Assembly (NCBI RefSeq): GCF_025526975.1
Contig: NW_026515689.1
Location: 310,001-374,000, forward strand
Direction of reading: 5' to 3'
DNA: 64,000 bases
Source of the DNA: Fimicolochytrium jonesii
Lineage: Eukaryota
Position numbers and translations under genes: made by a program
Notes under the pieces: generated by a model
The model's database searches: none
Told to the model about the DNA's origin: nothing
The model's input: the letters and a program-made list of their open reading frames with translations, nothing else
Shown: piece by piece, positions 11,435 to 25,200 of the stretch
Numbering within the stretch: the first letter of the stretch is position 1
How the letters are laid out: each line of letters opens with the position of its first letter

Positions 11435-14400
11435 ATGGGTCGTTTGGCACCTGGAGATGTCAAGGAGGACTTGACCCTCCTCCCTACGCCGACGGACGAA
11501 TCGATTCTCGCTAATATCAAGGACCGATACTCTCGAAACCTCATCTTCAATCGAATCGGCGCCGGAGCTCTGGTGGTCGTCAACCCGGTCAAAACTCTCG
11601 AATCCTTTTCCGACAGCACATGCACTCAATATGCGGACTGGGCGAAGGACACGGCGGAGGACAAAGTCCCACTGCCTGCTCACATCTTTGATCTGGCGGT
11701 TTCAGTCTTCAACCACATGTGGAGAAATCAGCAGGATCAGTCCGTTGTCTTCTCGTAAGTCTATCAGTCCCCAAGTATCGTTATGGCGGCGAGCGCGTAC
11801 TTGCCTTTGTGCCGGTGTGACTGACACAAGTCTTCTTTCAGGGGTGATAGCGGAAGCGGAAAGACCGAAGCACGAAAGCTGCTTGTTCGCCAGCTCATTG
11901 CACTCAGCACGAACGCAAAGAAAAAGTCGAAGGTGCACTCTGGCATCCTCAAAACAGAAACGATTCTCGACGCATTCGGAACGGCACGGACGCTCTTGAA
12001 TCCGAGCTCATCGCGCTTTGGTCGATACACCGAGTACCAATATGACTCACATGGGCGGATGGTGGGAGCAAAGATGTTGGATTACCTGCTGGAGAAGGAC
12101 AGGGTGTCTGCCACACCGGCCGATGAGCGGAATTTCCACATCTTCTACTACCTTCTTGCGGGAGCCACTATAGAGGAGAAGACCCAGTGGCGATTGCAGG
12201 ACGCAACACACTACGCATACCTGAAGGGTTCTCGACCAGTCCGATTGACGACGGAGGACCAGATCAAATTTGGCGAGCTGCGCGATCATCTCAAGTCTCT
12301 TGGGGTGGGCCGCCGCTTACAGGCTCAAATATATCAGCTCCTGGCCGCCGTTTTGCATCTCGGCAACATCGAGTTTCAGGAAGATGTGGAGAAGCCTAAA
12401 GAGTCGTGTGTGGTAAAAAACGCCGAGGCACTCGAAATCGCTGCTGAGCTTCTCGGAGTCGCGGCCAAGAATCTGGAGAGCTCGCTGACCGTCCGGACAA
12501 AGCTCGTGTGGCGAGATGTTGTGAGCGTTTTCATGAACGCTGAAGAAGCAACCAAGCAACGCAACCAATTGGCTAACACGCTTTACGGGCTGGTGTTTGC
12601 GTGGTTGGTGGAGCACATCAACACCCGTCTATGCAAAGATGAATGCGATACTTTTATCGGCGTTGTGGACATGTCAGGATTCCAGGATACCGAGAACAAT
12701 GGGATGGAGCAGCTGCTTGCGAACTACGCAAACGAGCGTCTACAGCAGTTTGTCAACAAAGCCGTCGCTAGTCCACACGAAGAATACGTGAAGGAGGGAA
12801 TTCGATCGGTTTCCGTACCACAGACTGACAACACGGCAACCGTCAATTTCCTCAATACTGCCCTCGGTGTCATTGACGCCGCCACTGGGGATCACGCCCA
12901 GGAAAAGCCGCTTCTTGACCGATTGACGCAAAAGGTCGGCACCGATGAGCACTTCGTCGCGGGTAAGACTGAGTCCACTTTCGGAGTGCAGCATTCGTCA
13001 CGAGTGGTTGAATACCAGACGGCATCTTTGGTCGAAAAGAACAAGGACGTCGTCTGCGCAGATTTCGTTGCCATTTTCCGCGGAAACGGAAAGGATATCC
13101 CGTCGTCGGCCAATGGGTTTGTTCGCAACCTGTTTTCCGAAGGCGCGGTTGCGACAGAGTCTGCGGGTCGCGACAGGGCCATGATCACCGGTGCTACCCC
13201 CAAGAAGCCGTCCCGCCATCCTTCATTGAAGCGCAACAACAGCCAGTATGGAGGATACGACCGAGCGAACCGTGACACCGTAGCGTACAACTTCCGCACC
13301 AGTGTGGACGAGATGATCGAAACGCTCGGCGAGACGATTCCATGGTTCGTGTTCTGCGTGAAGCCCAATGACGATCTGTCAACGGACAAGTTCGAGTCCA
13401 AGAAGGTCAAAGCGCAGCTTCGTCGCTTCGGCATTACTCAAATCGCCCAAGCAAGGGCAGGTGCTTCCTACAGCGCCCACTACGAGATCAATGACTTCCT
13501 TGCACGGTATCGAGTAATCATCGACCCAATGGGCCTGGACGACAGCGGCGGCCCGAGCGGGAAATGTGAAGACTTTGTTTTGCACAGCAACTGGACCAAC
13601 AGGGATATGGCGGTTGGACGCAGCAAGGTTTTCTTGTCGGAAGCATCCTGGAGATCGCTTGAAGACGAATTGAGAACCATCGAAGACCAACTGAAGGCGG
13701 ATCGCAAGGCGCGCAAGTCGGACAAGTCTCGCGGTGGTTCTGGGTCTCAGGACGACACCGCTTCCATGTACAGCAGCGAGTACGAATATGGTGACGATGT
13801 TTCCATGTTTGACGATGGTGAATCTCACTATCATTCCGAGTACGAATACAACGGCGGCCTGAGCCATCAGCATTCGCAGGTCACCCTGGTGGGCAGGGAA
13901 AAGCGGTCCACCGAGAAGGATCTAGAGGCCGGCCAGAAGGCAAACGAGGCTCTCATTGAGGAGGAGGATCACGTCACTTCAGCGAGGAGGAAGTGGGTCT
14001 GCTGCACATGGTTCCTCACGTGGTGGATCCCTCCTTTCTGCCTGTCGATCTGTGGTGGCATGAAGAGGAAAGACATCCAGATGGCTTGGCGAGAGAAGGT
14101 TGCGCTCTGCCTCATCATCTTCTTCTGCTGTTGCGCGCTGGTGTTCTTCATCATCGGTCTTGGTAGATTGATCTGCCCAAGGCTTGACGTCTTGAGCACG
14201 TCGGAAATCGCAGGCCGCAAGGATGCGAAGGACCCCTACGTGTACGCCTACGGTCATGCTTACATGATCAAGGACGTTGTCGACACCCATATCACGACCT
14301 ACGGCCGGCAGAACTACGAATTGGCGAGCTTTTACGGAACGGACGTCTCAAACCTCTTCAACAAGGCTGCCCTGTTCAGCAACTACTGCCCAGGAATCGA

Positions 14401-17085
14401 CGCGCCGTCGCCGGGCTGGAGCAACCTCGCGATAACGCAGCGAAACTCTCCGGCCCTATATAACCATTCGCAGGTTATCCCCGGGACCAACGGCCGAGTG
14501 CAAGACTACTTCGGTTACATGAATCAGTATGCGCGCAAACGCGTTGCTTGGGCCGTCGATGACGTTGCGAGCCAAGCAAACCTTCGCAACTTGGTTATAA
14601 TCAACGACAACATTTACGATCTCTCCGCTTATTTCGATGCTCGGAGTGGAGGCTTGTTCAACGACCAAGGCATGAACACTATCGTCTCAATGAAGGGCAA
14701 AGACGCCACCAGCCAGTGGAATTCATTGATCGCGAAACCGGACCCGGCCAAGGCGAAGCGATATGTGCAGTGCATGAACGGTCTGTTTTACGTGGGGGTG
14801 GTCGACCACCGGAATGACTTCGTTTGCAGGTTCTCGAACTACATTCTTCTGGCCAGTACCATTGTGCTCGTTGTGGTCATCGGATTCAAGTTCTTGGCGG
14901 CCTTGCAATTCGGCGGATGGAAGGAGCCAGAAGACCACGACAAGTTTGTCATCTGTCAAGTTCCTTGTTACACGGAGGGCGCTGAAAGCTTGACGAAAAC
15001 GCTCGAGTCGCTCGCAACGCTCCGATATGACGACAAACGCAAATTGATCGTCGTTCTCTGTGATGGAAACATCATCGGAAGCGGCAACGATCGACCGACC
15101 CCTCGCATTGTTCTCGACATTTTGGGCGTCGACCCCAACCACGATCCCGAGCCCGTCAGTTTCCAATCCTTGGGAGAAGGCGACAAACAGCACAACATGG
15201 CGAAGGTTTACTCTGGTCTTTACGAAGTCCAGGGACACTCTGTGCCATATATCGTCGTTGTCAAGGTCGGCAAACCTAGCGAGCGAAACCGACCTGGAAA
15301 CCGTGGCAAACGCGATTCCCAAATGATCCTCATGCGCTTCTTGAACCGCGTCCACTTCAACTTGGAAATGAACCCCTTGGAACTTGAGCTTTACCATCAC
15401 ATGAAGAACATCATCGGTGTCAACCCGTCTTTCTATGAATACACGCTAATGGTGGACGCCGATACCGAAGTTTACAAGGATTCGCTCAACCGCATGGTGT
15501 CTGCAATGATCCACGATTCGAAGATCATGGGAATTTGCGGCGAAACTCTGATTGACAACGAGAAGGAGTCGTTGACGACGATGATTCAGGTCTACGAATA
15601 CTTTATCTCTCACCACTTGTCGAAGGCTTTCGAGAGCTTGTTTGGTTCCGTCACGTGTCTGCCTGGATGCTTCTGCATGTACCGTATCCGCACACCCGTC
15701 AAGAACATCCCGCTTCTCATCTCGCCAAGTGTCATTGAGGATTACTCCGAGAACCGTGTGGACACACTGCACAAGAAGAACTTGCTTCACCTTGGAGAGG
15801 ATCGTTACCTGACCACCCTCATGATGAAGCACTTCCCCAACCACAAGCTTTCCTTCACCAACGATGCTCAATGTCGCACCAACGCCCCCGACAGATGGTC
15901 TGTGCTGCTGTCGCAAAGGCGTCGATGGATCAACTCGACCGTTCACAACCTGTTTGAGCTGATTCACCTGCAGCAGCTTTGTGGATTCTGCTGTTTCTCG
16001 ATGCGATTCATCGTTATGATCGATTTGTTCTCGACATTGGTGCAGCCGGTCATCCTTCTCTACATCGGGTACTTGGTGTACTCTGCGATTACCGAACCCG
16101 ACATCTTCCCAATGATGAGTGTCATCATGTTGGCCGCCATCTATGGACTGCAAGTGTTGATATTCATCCTGAAGCGACAATGGGCTCAGATCGGATGGAT
16201 GATTGTGGTAAGTACTTCGGAGCATTGATATCCCAAGGTGACTGTTTGAAGTCTCACATCATTCCCATTTTCAGTACATACTCGCCATGCCCGTCTTTAG
16301 TTTCTGGATTCCGCTGTACTCGTTCTGGCACTGTAAGTATTTTGGTATCATAAATGGTAGTAGAATCGGACCCGTGAACTAACCTACATCCGTTTCTCCA
16401 TAGTCGACGATTTCTCGTGGGGTAACACCCGTGTTGTCGTGGGAGACAAAGGGAAAAAGATGGTCTACGCTTCGGACGTCCAACCGGTATGTCATGGACG
16501 TATGTGTCTCCTTCTTCGTGCAATATTCTAACGGTGGCTCTACTCGATCATTAGTTCAACCCTAAATCGATTCCCATGAAGAAATGGGCGGACCACGAAA
16601 GCGAGACGTGGGAGAAAGGCTCATCTGGCTCGCAAGGCTCCAAGCATTCCGGATCTAGCCACAGTCGACGGGCTCCCAGCGTCGCATCTGGCTACTCTCC
16701 GTCGGCCTACGAAGCACAATCCCTCTACAACGGGTCGGTATACGGCGCACAGCCCGCTCCATCAGTGTACTCTGGATACGGAGCACCATCGGCATACGCC
16801 GCTTCGGCATACGGAGGCGCGTATCAACGTCCAGCAGCACCACCCGCCCGTAACTCCTTGTTGAGCCTGGGAGCAGCGCCGGCGTACGTCGCCTCGGCAG
16901 GAGGCTACCCAACAGACGACGACATCCTCCGGGAAACGAGACGCATCCTTGCGACCGCGAACCTGATGACGGTCACGAAGAAGCAAGTTCGGGATGAGCT
17001 GAGCAGTATGTTTGGAACCGATCTCAACTCGCGGAAAGCGACCGTCAACGGATTCATTGAGGATATTCTGCAGGGGCGATTGTAG
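11435..17085 (+). CDS. Class V chitin synthase with myosin motor, cytochrome b5-like and DEK_C domains
   Basis: P-loop GDSGSGKT, SSRFG, AWREKVALC, GNRGKRDSQ, TCLPGCF, LGEDRYLT, QRRRW, and DEK_C (LMTVTKKQVRDELSSMFG). Confidence 0.96.
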
Positions 17086-17477
17086 AGACATATTGTGCCC
17101 TCTCTCCACATTACTGGCGTTACGGACTTCCCCTAGCTATAATTACCCCCTCTTGCTTGCTTTTCTATCGGCGCTATTTTCTTATCATCTAGTGTCTGGC
17201 TCCGGCGTACGCTTTTATTTAATCTTTTGTTTCATCTGCATCCCATCTGTAAATTCTTGTAGTTTGCTCTAATATCTTTCAAGTTTTTGACTTGCATTGC
17301 GATGGACTTTCAAATTCAAGGACAACATTGTTATTCGCCTACGAGAAGACCATTTGCGAAACGCTCGCCATCCAAAAGTAAATTTCACATTAATGTACAA
17401 TTATAGAGCGTTCTATTTACCTTCACACATCCTACAAAGCGCCGAGGATCTCCCACCGTCTCGCTCGTTCTCAATAC

Positions 17478-17660
17478 TCAGGTAGCTCTAGTATTCTTAG
17501 TACTTCCCAGCCCGGTGAATTCACAGTCTATAGCGATATGGTGGGCCTTGTCGAGCGTACTGCGTATCTGAGTTTGCAGACCTATAATATTATGGCGACT
17601 AACTTCGTTGAAGGACGGGACCTTGACCTCCGGCTTTGGGAGGACGGTAGTTGCCATCAT
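17478..17660 (-). pseudogene. Truncated CAF1-family (TOE1/PARN-like) deadenylase 5' fragment
   Basis: Reads NEVSRHN...LDKAHHIAIDCEFTGLG (DEDD ExoI motif), then TGA after 60 codons. There is no room or downstream exon before the convergent chitin synthase. Confidence 0.65.
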
Positions 17661-17746
17661 TGGGGTGGGTTTGGGGTGGGTTTGTTCTGGCGATAGTACT
17701 GTGTACAGTATGTAGGGCTCTATGGGGCATGGAAAGGGGAGTTGTT

Positions 17747-17768
17747 CCCTCACCCTAACCCTAACCCT
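17747..17768. repeat. Interstitial telomere-like tract (CCCTAA)n
   Basis: Sequence CCCTCACCCTAACCCTAACCCT. Confidence 0.75.
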
Positions 17769-17875
17769 TCACATAGGATGCCCGCATTGATCGGAGTGTC
17801 GTGCGAGACGAGAAGAGCAGAGTGATTACGAGGGCACACGAGACCGCATGGCCTTGTATTCAACGCAGAATCATC

Positions 17876-20119
17876 ATGCATAACGACTCCACAACACCCC
17901 TCAGACCTTCTGACTGCTCCAGAAGCGGCGGCGGTAACAGGGAGAGGAGTAACCAGACTCAGCAGCAGGCTTCAGCCGTAAGCGATATTGTTCAGTCCCA
18001 ACCCTCGTCGTCGGCGTTGGCACCACCACCGGACCCGCTGAGCGAAGGCGTCTCAGTGGCTGTAAACGACACAATCCAAAAGCAACAGTCACTCCCCGTT
18101 AACAGCATAGTAGGGTCACTCCGAGATGGGCCCAGGACGACTGCATACGCTCAACCACAACGGCTGCAGTCTACGGAAGAAGACGAGGGCCGTCATGACG
18201 GATTTGTCCGCGGGAGAGTGAAACATAATGACGCAGGTGACCTCGCAAAGCGCCAACTCGCTGGGTCGCCCTCTGGAAGCCCACATGCTTCCAATGTCAC
18301 GAACGGGGACTTCGCAGAATTGCGGGAAACATCAACATCGCTGGAAAAAGATACCTACTCTCCCGCGCAGTCACCTCATGGCGGGGACGCCGATACCCAC
18401 ACCATCCATACGGACCCTTCAACGACGACGTTGCCTCACCCTGAGCACACCGCGCCTGCTTTAAACATGGAAGAACACGGATACAATAACCCTTGGTTAG
18501 CCTTCGGAGACCACCCTAAAGAACACCAGGCCCAAGGCCCACCAGAGTATGCTGATGCCCTTCCGGCCGCTTGGAGCAGTGTATCAGCAGTGGCCGCCGC
18601 CTCCCCAAGTCCATCGGCTCAGTTATCGCCGTCCACCTGCGAGCTTCTTCGATGGTCCGAGGCCGCACCATATTGGGGCTCTACAGTTCAAACATGTGCT
18701 GTTTATAGCATGGATAGATCGAGAGTGTAAGTCGCCGGGGTGTATATGATTATGTGATGTTCCCTCCATCTTGTGATTCGTGCATCTGACGTTCTCTTCA
18801 TACGTAGGTACAGCATCAGAATAAATCCCCGGGTGGAACGCGGGTTTTTCGTAGCAGATGGGGACTGGACTTGTTATCGAAGGAACTACTTCCAGTTGAG
18901 CGTCGGTTTCTCGGCGCTGGACCCATTAGGAGCACGGCTGGAACTGCCCTGTCTGATTGCAATAGACAACCAACTGCACGTAGTAACTGCCTTCTGCCTC
19001 GGAATAACCGCTCGCACGTCCAACGGACAGCGCCCAATCGATCTCACCCAGTGCACGCCAAAGCGCGACAAAGGCCCGCAACTGACCCCCCAGCCTCGAT
19101 ACTGCCAGCCACAGGACAGTCCCGCTGCCTACGGCCGCGGCCACCTCGACACGATCCATACCGTCACCTTCGACCGGCTACAGTTCAAAGCCGCCACCGC
19201 TAACAATGGCAAACGCCGCTCGGCGCAGCAGTACCATGTGCTTGTCGCGGAATTGTATGCGGAACATGAGGATAGATCCCGGACTCGGATTGCGACGATA
19301 GAGTCTGCTCCGCTTGTTGTGAGAGGGCGCGCGCCGGGGCATTATGCGTCGATGCATAACAAGACGGGGGCGGGCGGGCATGTCGGTGCGTCGAGTCAGG
19401 AGGCGACGCCGGCCATAACGCCGGATGTTCAGGTTCCACATTTGACATATGGAGAGTGCAAACCGAAGGAGGAGGAGGACAGCCTAGAGCACGGAAGGGA
19501 AGCAACGTCAGAGGATGGTGGGAGCTCGGTGACGGCATCACATATGCACCTGGGCGCGGTGCTAAATCCTGATCCTGCCTATCTTTCCCGACACGACGCA
19601 TCACCTGTACAACATCATTCATCGCCAAGCTCTCAGTACCATCTCCCCCAGCCCATCGAGTCATCCCACATCTCACAAATCGTCAATGATTACACCTCGC
19701 ATCCCCACCACTCGACGCACCCTTCCCCAATCCTCAATAACGGGGAAAGGCAGTACGAACACGCCCACCCCCAACCTTCCCTATACAACCACCCATCACC
19801 CCAACTCACCCGCGCACAACACCACCCCCCAACACCCCACCAGCAAACCACCTACTACCACTCCCAACACATATCCCACCCCGAGCTCCCTGCCTCGCCA
19901 GCCCAATCACATGCATACGCCTACCACAGTTCTCCCCAGCAGCAATATCACCACGGCGTGTCGGCGCCCATGTCACATGCTGCTATGCATTCCCCGCAGC
20001 AGGCGTATGCTCCGGGCGAGCATGGTGTGAATCGTGAGGAGGGGCAGGGGCAGGGGCAGGGGCATTATCAGGTGGTGGGGGCGTACCGGGAGGAACAGGG
20101 GGAGCAGGATCATCGCTAG
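17876..20119 (+). CDS. NDT80/PhoG-family transcription factor (1 intron, about 18726-18807)
   Basis: Motifs PRVERGFF...WTCYRRNYFQ, FDRLQFKAATANNGKRRSAQQY and PLVVRGRAPGHY, followed by an H/P/Q-rich tail. Confidence 0.93.
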
Positions 20120-20427
20120 CTATATTGGACGCGGTGTGCCTGGTCTGGATGTGTTAGCCATACGGAAAGTCGGTGTTGAGGCATCTGATACCTCCCCGGC
20201 TTTGTATACCCCAAATTTTGGATCTACTCATAGATCACGAAGACAAGAGTAAATACATCAAAAAGCTATTTCGAGTCCCTGCAGTGCTGCCTTTCTGGTG
20301 GAACAGTTCGGCCCAGCCTCAACTCAACACGCCAACGTGAAAGATAATAGGAAGCAACATGTTTTCAAAAGAAACCTGCCGAGTCCGTATATGCAATTCC
20401 CCAACAAACGCTACGCCGCCCATCATC

Positions 20428-21895
20428 TCAAGGAAGCGTATCAAAATCATCCTTCATCCCAAACTGTTCCGCGAACTGTGATGCGGAGATCCCGAAATTG
20501 CGCCCGCAGTATGACTGAAGGGCAAAGATATTGTCTGGAGATACGGGTTATGTTTGGAGACATGGGAGGTGGGGATCGGAAGTGTGTGAAGGGATGTAAG
20601 TGACGCACCTGTCCATCTGTTCGCGGCGGCTTTGGCGGTTGCGACGGCTCGTTCTGTGATATGACATTTATCATCAGCGAAGGGAAGCTGTGCGGTTTCG
20701 TTAGCCAAAGCAAAGGTTCCATACCCTTAGCCTCAATCAACGCAGGGTCGCAGTCTTTGAACTTCTCCAGCTCCGCTTTGTACTCCTTCCTCTTGGCTTC
20801 TGCGGCTGCAAGCTCTTCCATGAAAGTAGCGCGATCCTCCTATATTATCGTCGGTGCGCCTGTCAGCTTCGCCCACCCAATCCGTCTACATCCGCAACAA
20901 ATAAGTTTTTGGCGCAACGTACAGTCTCCTCGCACCCAGATTTTGATTGTTCGACGGCCGACTTTGTCTTTTTGCGCTTTGACTGGGAAAGATGTGTTTA
21001 CGTTAGACAGCGAGCGACCGCCATTGCAGGTTCGGGTATCTCCCACCCACCTCCAACTTGTCCAATTCTTGTTCCAGCTCGTCTATTTTGCGCTTCCTCT
21101 GTACATAATGTCGTGCGTGAGGACTGATACAGTCAAGAGAAGTGCCGAAGTCCTGATCTCACGGTTTGAACAGCAGTCGACGGAAACGACCAGTAATAGT
21201 TGCTGGAATGTGCGGGATCCCATTTGTTAGCGCCGGTCCGGTGCAAATCTCGAAACCGGCCCCCAGGCTACCTTGTACCGATCTTTTCCATTGTCACAAT
21301 GTTATCTGACTAGCGATTTGGTGCAAACGTGCATCATTTTCAGCACGTTTCCAGCACAGCTAGACAAACGTCCTGAACAAATTACCACAAGACTATCCAG
21401 GACTTCCTTGATCGTCTGAGCGACTGGTTTTTGGCCATGGGTCAAACTTCTGCGGGTAGAACCGTCTGGCGCGAGACGTATGCTCACCAATGCCCTTGCT
21501 CTTCGCGGCAATCTTTTCCACATCCTTATGAAGAATCGGCTAAGGTTACCTGCCAAACCCGCGCATGCGTCCCGGAAGGTTTCCCCTCGTGTACCTTGAG
21601 TTGCCAAAAGTCCTTCTATATATGCGGAAGCTCGTCAGAACGCGTGGGAAATTGCGAGTGTGGTCCCTACCTCCGCACTTACAGTCTCGTAGAAGAACTC
21701 TGCCAACCTAGTCCGCTTTTCTTCGAAGGAGAGACCTTTTGCTCGTTTGCTCTTCGAACATTGGAAGAAGATGACCGAGTCAATAGCTGTGTGTAGCCAA
21801 GCACCTGTGAACCACCAACGCTGATCGGACAAGGCTTGCAAGTTGCGCATAAGCTCGCGAGGTCGAACAGCGTCGTGCAGCTTCCTCCTTACCAT
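20428..21895 (-). CDS. MND1: Meiotic nuclear division protein 1 (many small exons)
   Basis: Spliced reading: M|SKRAKGLSFEEKRTRLAEFFYET|KDFWQLK|DVEKIAAKSKGI|VAQTIKEVLDSLV...KIGTSNYYWSFPS...KAAANRWT|DNIFAL. Confidence 0.9.
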
Positions 21896-22278
21896 AGCTG
21901 CTCGATAACTGCCTACTGCAAATATACTACTCGGTTAATATGGCGGTGAACTCTGGTGCTGTGCCGACCTCACGAGGCAAGATGGCGAGTTGGTGGAAGA
22001 ATCTGGGGGTCCGAATATGGAGCACGCGTTGGGGCAATTGGACGCTGCTCATCCACAAGATGCCCTGACTCATCCACGTGCGACAACAACCTGCGGAGTC
22101 TCCCCTCTCGGAAACTCCAAGCTGCTTCACCCGATTCACACGCACCACAGAGGAAGGTCCAGTATCGCTCTTTGGATACCGTATATATACAGGGGGACGG
22201 GCACTGGGGAGCGTCGAGCGAGTAACGCATACTACATACGACTTCCCATACAGTCTTAGGACCCAATCTTCTGCCACG

Positions 22279-25200
22279 ATGGGTATTCCCAAGGTGAGAG
22301 CACTTGGCACATAAATTGTGAGCGGTGGCCGACACTGATCCCGCTTTCGTCTTGGCGCTATGTGTAGTTTTTCCGATGGATCTCCGAGCGGTATCCACTC
22401 TGCAGTCAGCTCATTCAGGAAAACCACATTCCGGAGTTTGGTAGGGTTCAGAACACCGAGCAAAGATTGCTGATGGGCGGATAATGACCTAAAGTGACCC
22501 ATCTCTCAGACAACCTTTACCTGGATATGAACGGCATTATACATAACTGCTCACATCCAAACGATAACGATGTCCATTTTCGGATGACCGAGGACAAGAT
22601 ATTTTTGGCAATCTTCAGCTACATCGACCACATCTTCACGCGGATAAAGCCTCGAAAGCTGTTTTTCTTGGCTGTCGATGGAGTGGCTCCAAGAGCCAAA
22701 ATGAACCAGCAACGTGCGAGGCGATTCAGAACCGCAAGAGATACCGCGGAGCAACGCAAGCGTGCAATCGCAAAAGGGGAGGAGCTCCCTAAAGAAGCCC
22801 CATTCGATTCAAATTGTATCACTCCTGGTTCGTTCCGAGCGTCCATTCCCTCGATCTGAGATTGTAAGCTTACACGCTGCCCCATTGCAGGAACACCGTT
22901 TATGGTGAGGCTCCAGGAGCAGTTGAAGTACTTTATCAACAAGAAGATTAGTGAGGACAGCGCGTGGAACTCGGTCGAAGTCATTCTATCAGGACATGAA
23001 GTCCCTGGCGAGGGTGAACATAAGATCATGGAATACTTGCGATTGGCGAAATCGCAGCCAAACTACGAGCCGAACGTTCGGCATTGTTTGTACGGTCTCG
23101 ACGCGGATCTCATGATGTTGGGTCTGCTCAGCCATGAACCGCATTTCGCTCTTTTGCGAGAGGAAGTCTCGTTCGGCAAATCGCGGAAGACGAGCGTTGG
23201 AGCCAATCTGGAGACGCAGAATTTCTACCTCATGCACCTCTCGCTGTTCCGCGAATATATCGATGCGGAATTCTCCAGCTTGGCAGAAAATCTGGCTTTC
23301 AAGTACGATCTGGAGAGGATCATCGACGACTTCATCTTGATGGCATACTTTGTTGGAAATGATTTCTTGCCGAGCCTGCCGGGTCTGCACATTAACGAAG
23401 GAGCGTTGGCGTTACTCTTCAGGCTGTACAAGCAAATGCTTCTCGAGGGCGGCGGTTATCTCAATGATGCAGGCAAGCTGCATCTCGGCCGATGCGAGAT
23501 CTTCCTCCGTAAACTGGGAGATCACGAACGCGAACTTTTCGGCATTGAAGTGGGTGACGTCAAATGGCTAAGGGGCAAGAACGCTGAACGTCAAGCCCCT
23601 CCCTCTCGCAAGAATTCAATTGGTACGAATATAATGACATCTTGTCCACGTTGTGATGGTGCACCAACAGCTAGTCCTATTTCCCTGTAGTATTGAGTAA
23701 GCAGCAGAGCGATATATACGATCAAATCAAAACATTCGTTCTGGCGCCCCGCGACAACGGACGTTTGACCTTTCCTGCGAGTTTACCCGCCAGGGATCGA
23801 GCGTTCATAATAAGATTGAGCACTGAGCTGGGCATCAACCATACGATAGATGCGATTGGGAAGGGGAAAGGACTTCCTGAGCATCACATCATATTGGAAT
23901 GGGACGATGAGGATGATGAGGACGACGAGGAAAGCATGGAAGCTCGGCAACGCGTCTTGAAGAGATGGGACAAAGCGGAAGTTATCGATGAGGACGAGAT
24001 TGCAGCCAACCTGGAGAGGGAGGAGAAGCAGAAAGTGGACGACGCATTCGTGCAGTGGAAGCGCGAGTACTACAAGGAGAAGTTGGAAATCAACTACGAT
24101 GATCCAAAGCAGATGGCCGAATTCGTTTACCACTACGTTGAAGGACTGCAATGGGTTGCATACTATTACTACAACGGAGTGGCGTCTTGGGAATGGTTCT
24201 ATCCATACCACTACGGGCCGAAAATTACGGATCTTGTGAACATTGCCAACCTGGATATCAAGTTCGACATTGGCACTCCGTTCCGTCCTTTTGATCAGTT
24301 GATGGGAGTGTTGCCAGCTGCGAGTAAACAGCATATCCCCGAAGCCTTCCAGGGTCTGATGACGGACCCGACATCTCCCATCATCGACTTCTATCCCACC
24401 GATTTCGAATTGGATATGAACGGAAAGAAAGCCGATTGGGAAGCCGTCGTGAAGATTCCGTTCATCGATGAGAAGAGACTCCTCGCTGCGTTGGGAGCGA
24501 GAGAGAATCAGCTGACTAGGGAAGAAAAGTCCCGGAATACCCATGGTCATAGCTATGCTTTCACGCTGGATAGTGCGAATGCCCATCTCTACCCCTCGTC
24601 GCTACCTGGTTTCTTCCCTGATCTTACCAGCTGCGTCTGTAAGATGAGAGTATATAACCTTCCGACAATCGGCGGGGAAGGTTTTGTCAAAGGGCTGACT
24701 TCAGGTGTTCAGCTCGGAGTGCGCGCCTTACCTGGCTTTCCGTCTATGCATACACTGCCACACACTGCGACGTTAGGATTCCACGGCGTCAAGGTATTCA
24801 ACATGGAAAGCCCCAATGAGAGTGTCTTAATTTCGATTGAGAATGCATTCGAGGGCAAATCGCCAGAGGAAATCGCCAAGAGGTTGATCGGCAACCGGAT
24901 CCATTACGGGTGGCCGTTCTTGGTGGAAGCTTACGTCTCTTTCATCGAAGACGAGTATTTCAAGTACGAGCTTCAGAAAAGTGGGAAGCGTGTCGATGTT
25001 GTAAAGACTCCGCAAGCCCCCGAGGCGCAAGATCGGTTCTACAAAGCCATCGAGAGGGTCGAAGGCTATTATAGCAAGCGGTTCGGAACCATCACGGGTC
25101 CCATAGACATCATTTTGCACGTTCGCTCCTTCAAAGGTATGCGTTTACAGGAGGACGGTGCCTTGGTCAAGGACTTTGCGCCTTTCAGCGAAGAGCAAGC

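Noticed and set aside
17478..17480. TGA in the TOE1-like fragment as selenocysteine or readthrough
   Set aside because: It is not at a Cys position, the downstream frame shows no family similarity, and no SECIS is evident.
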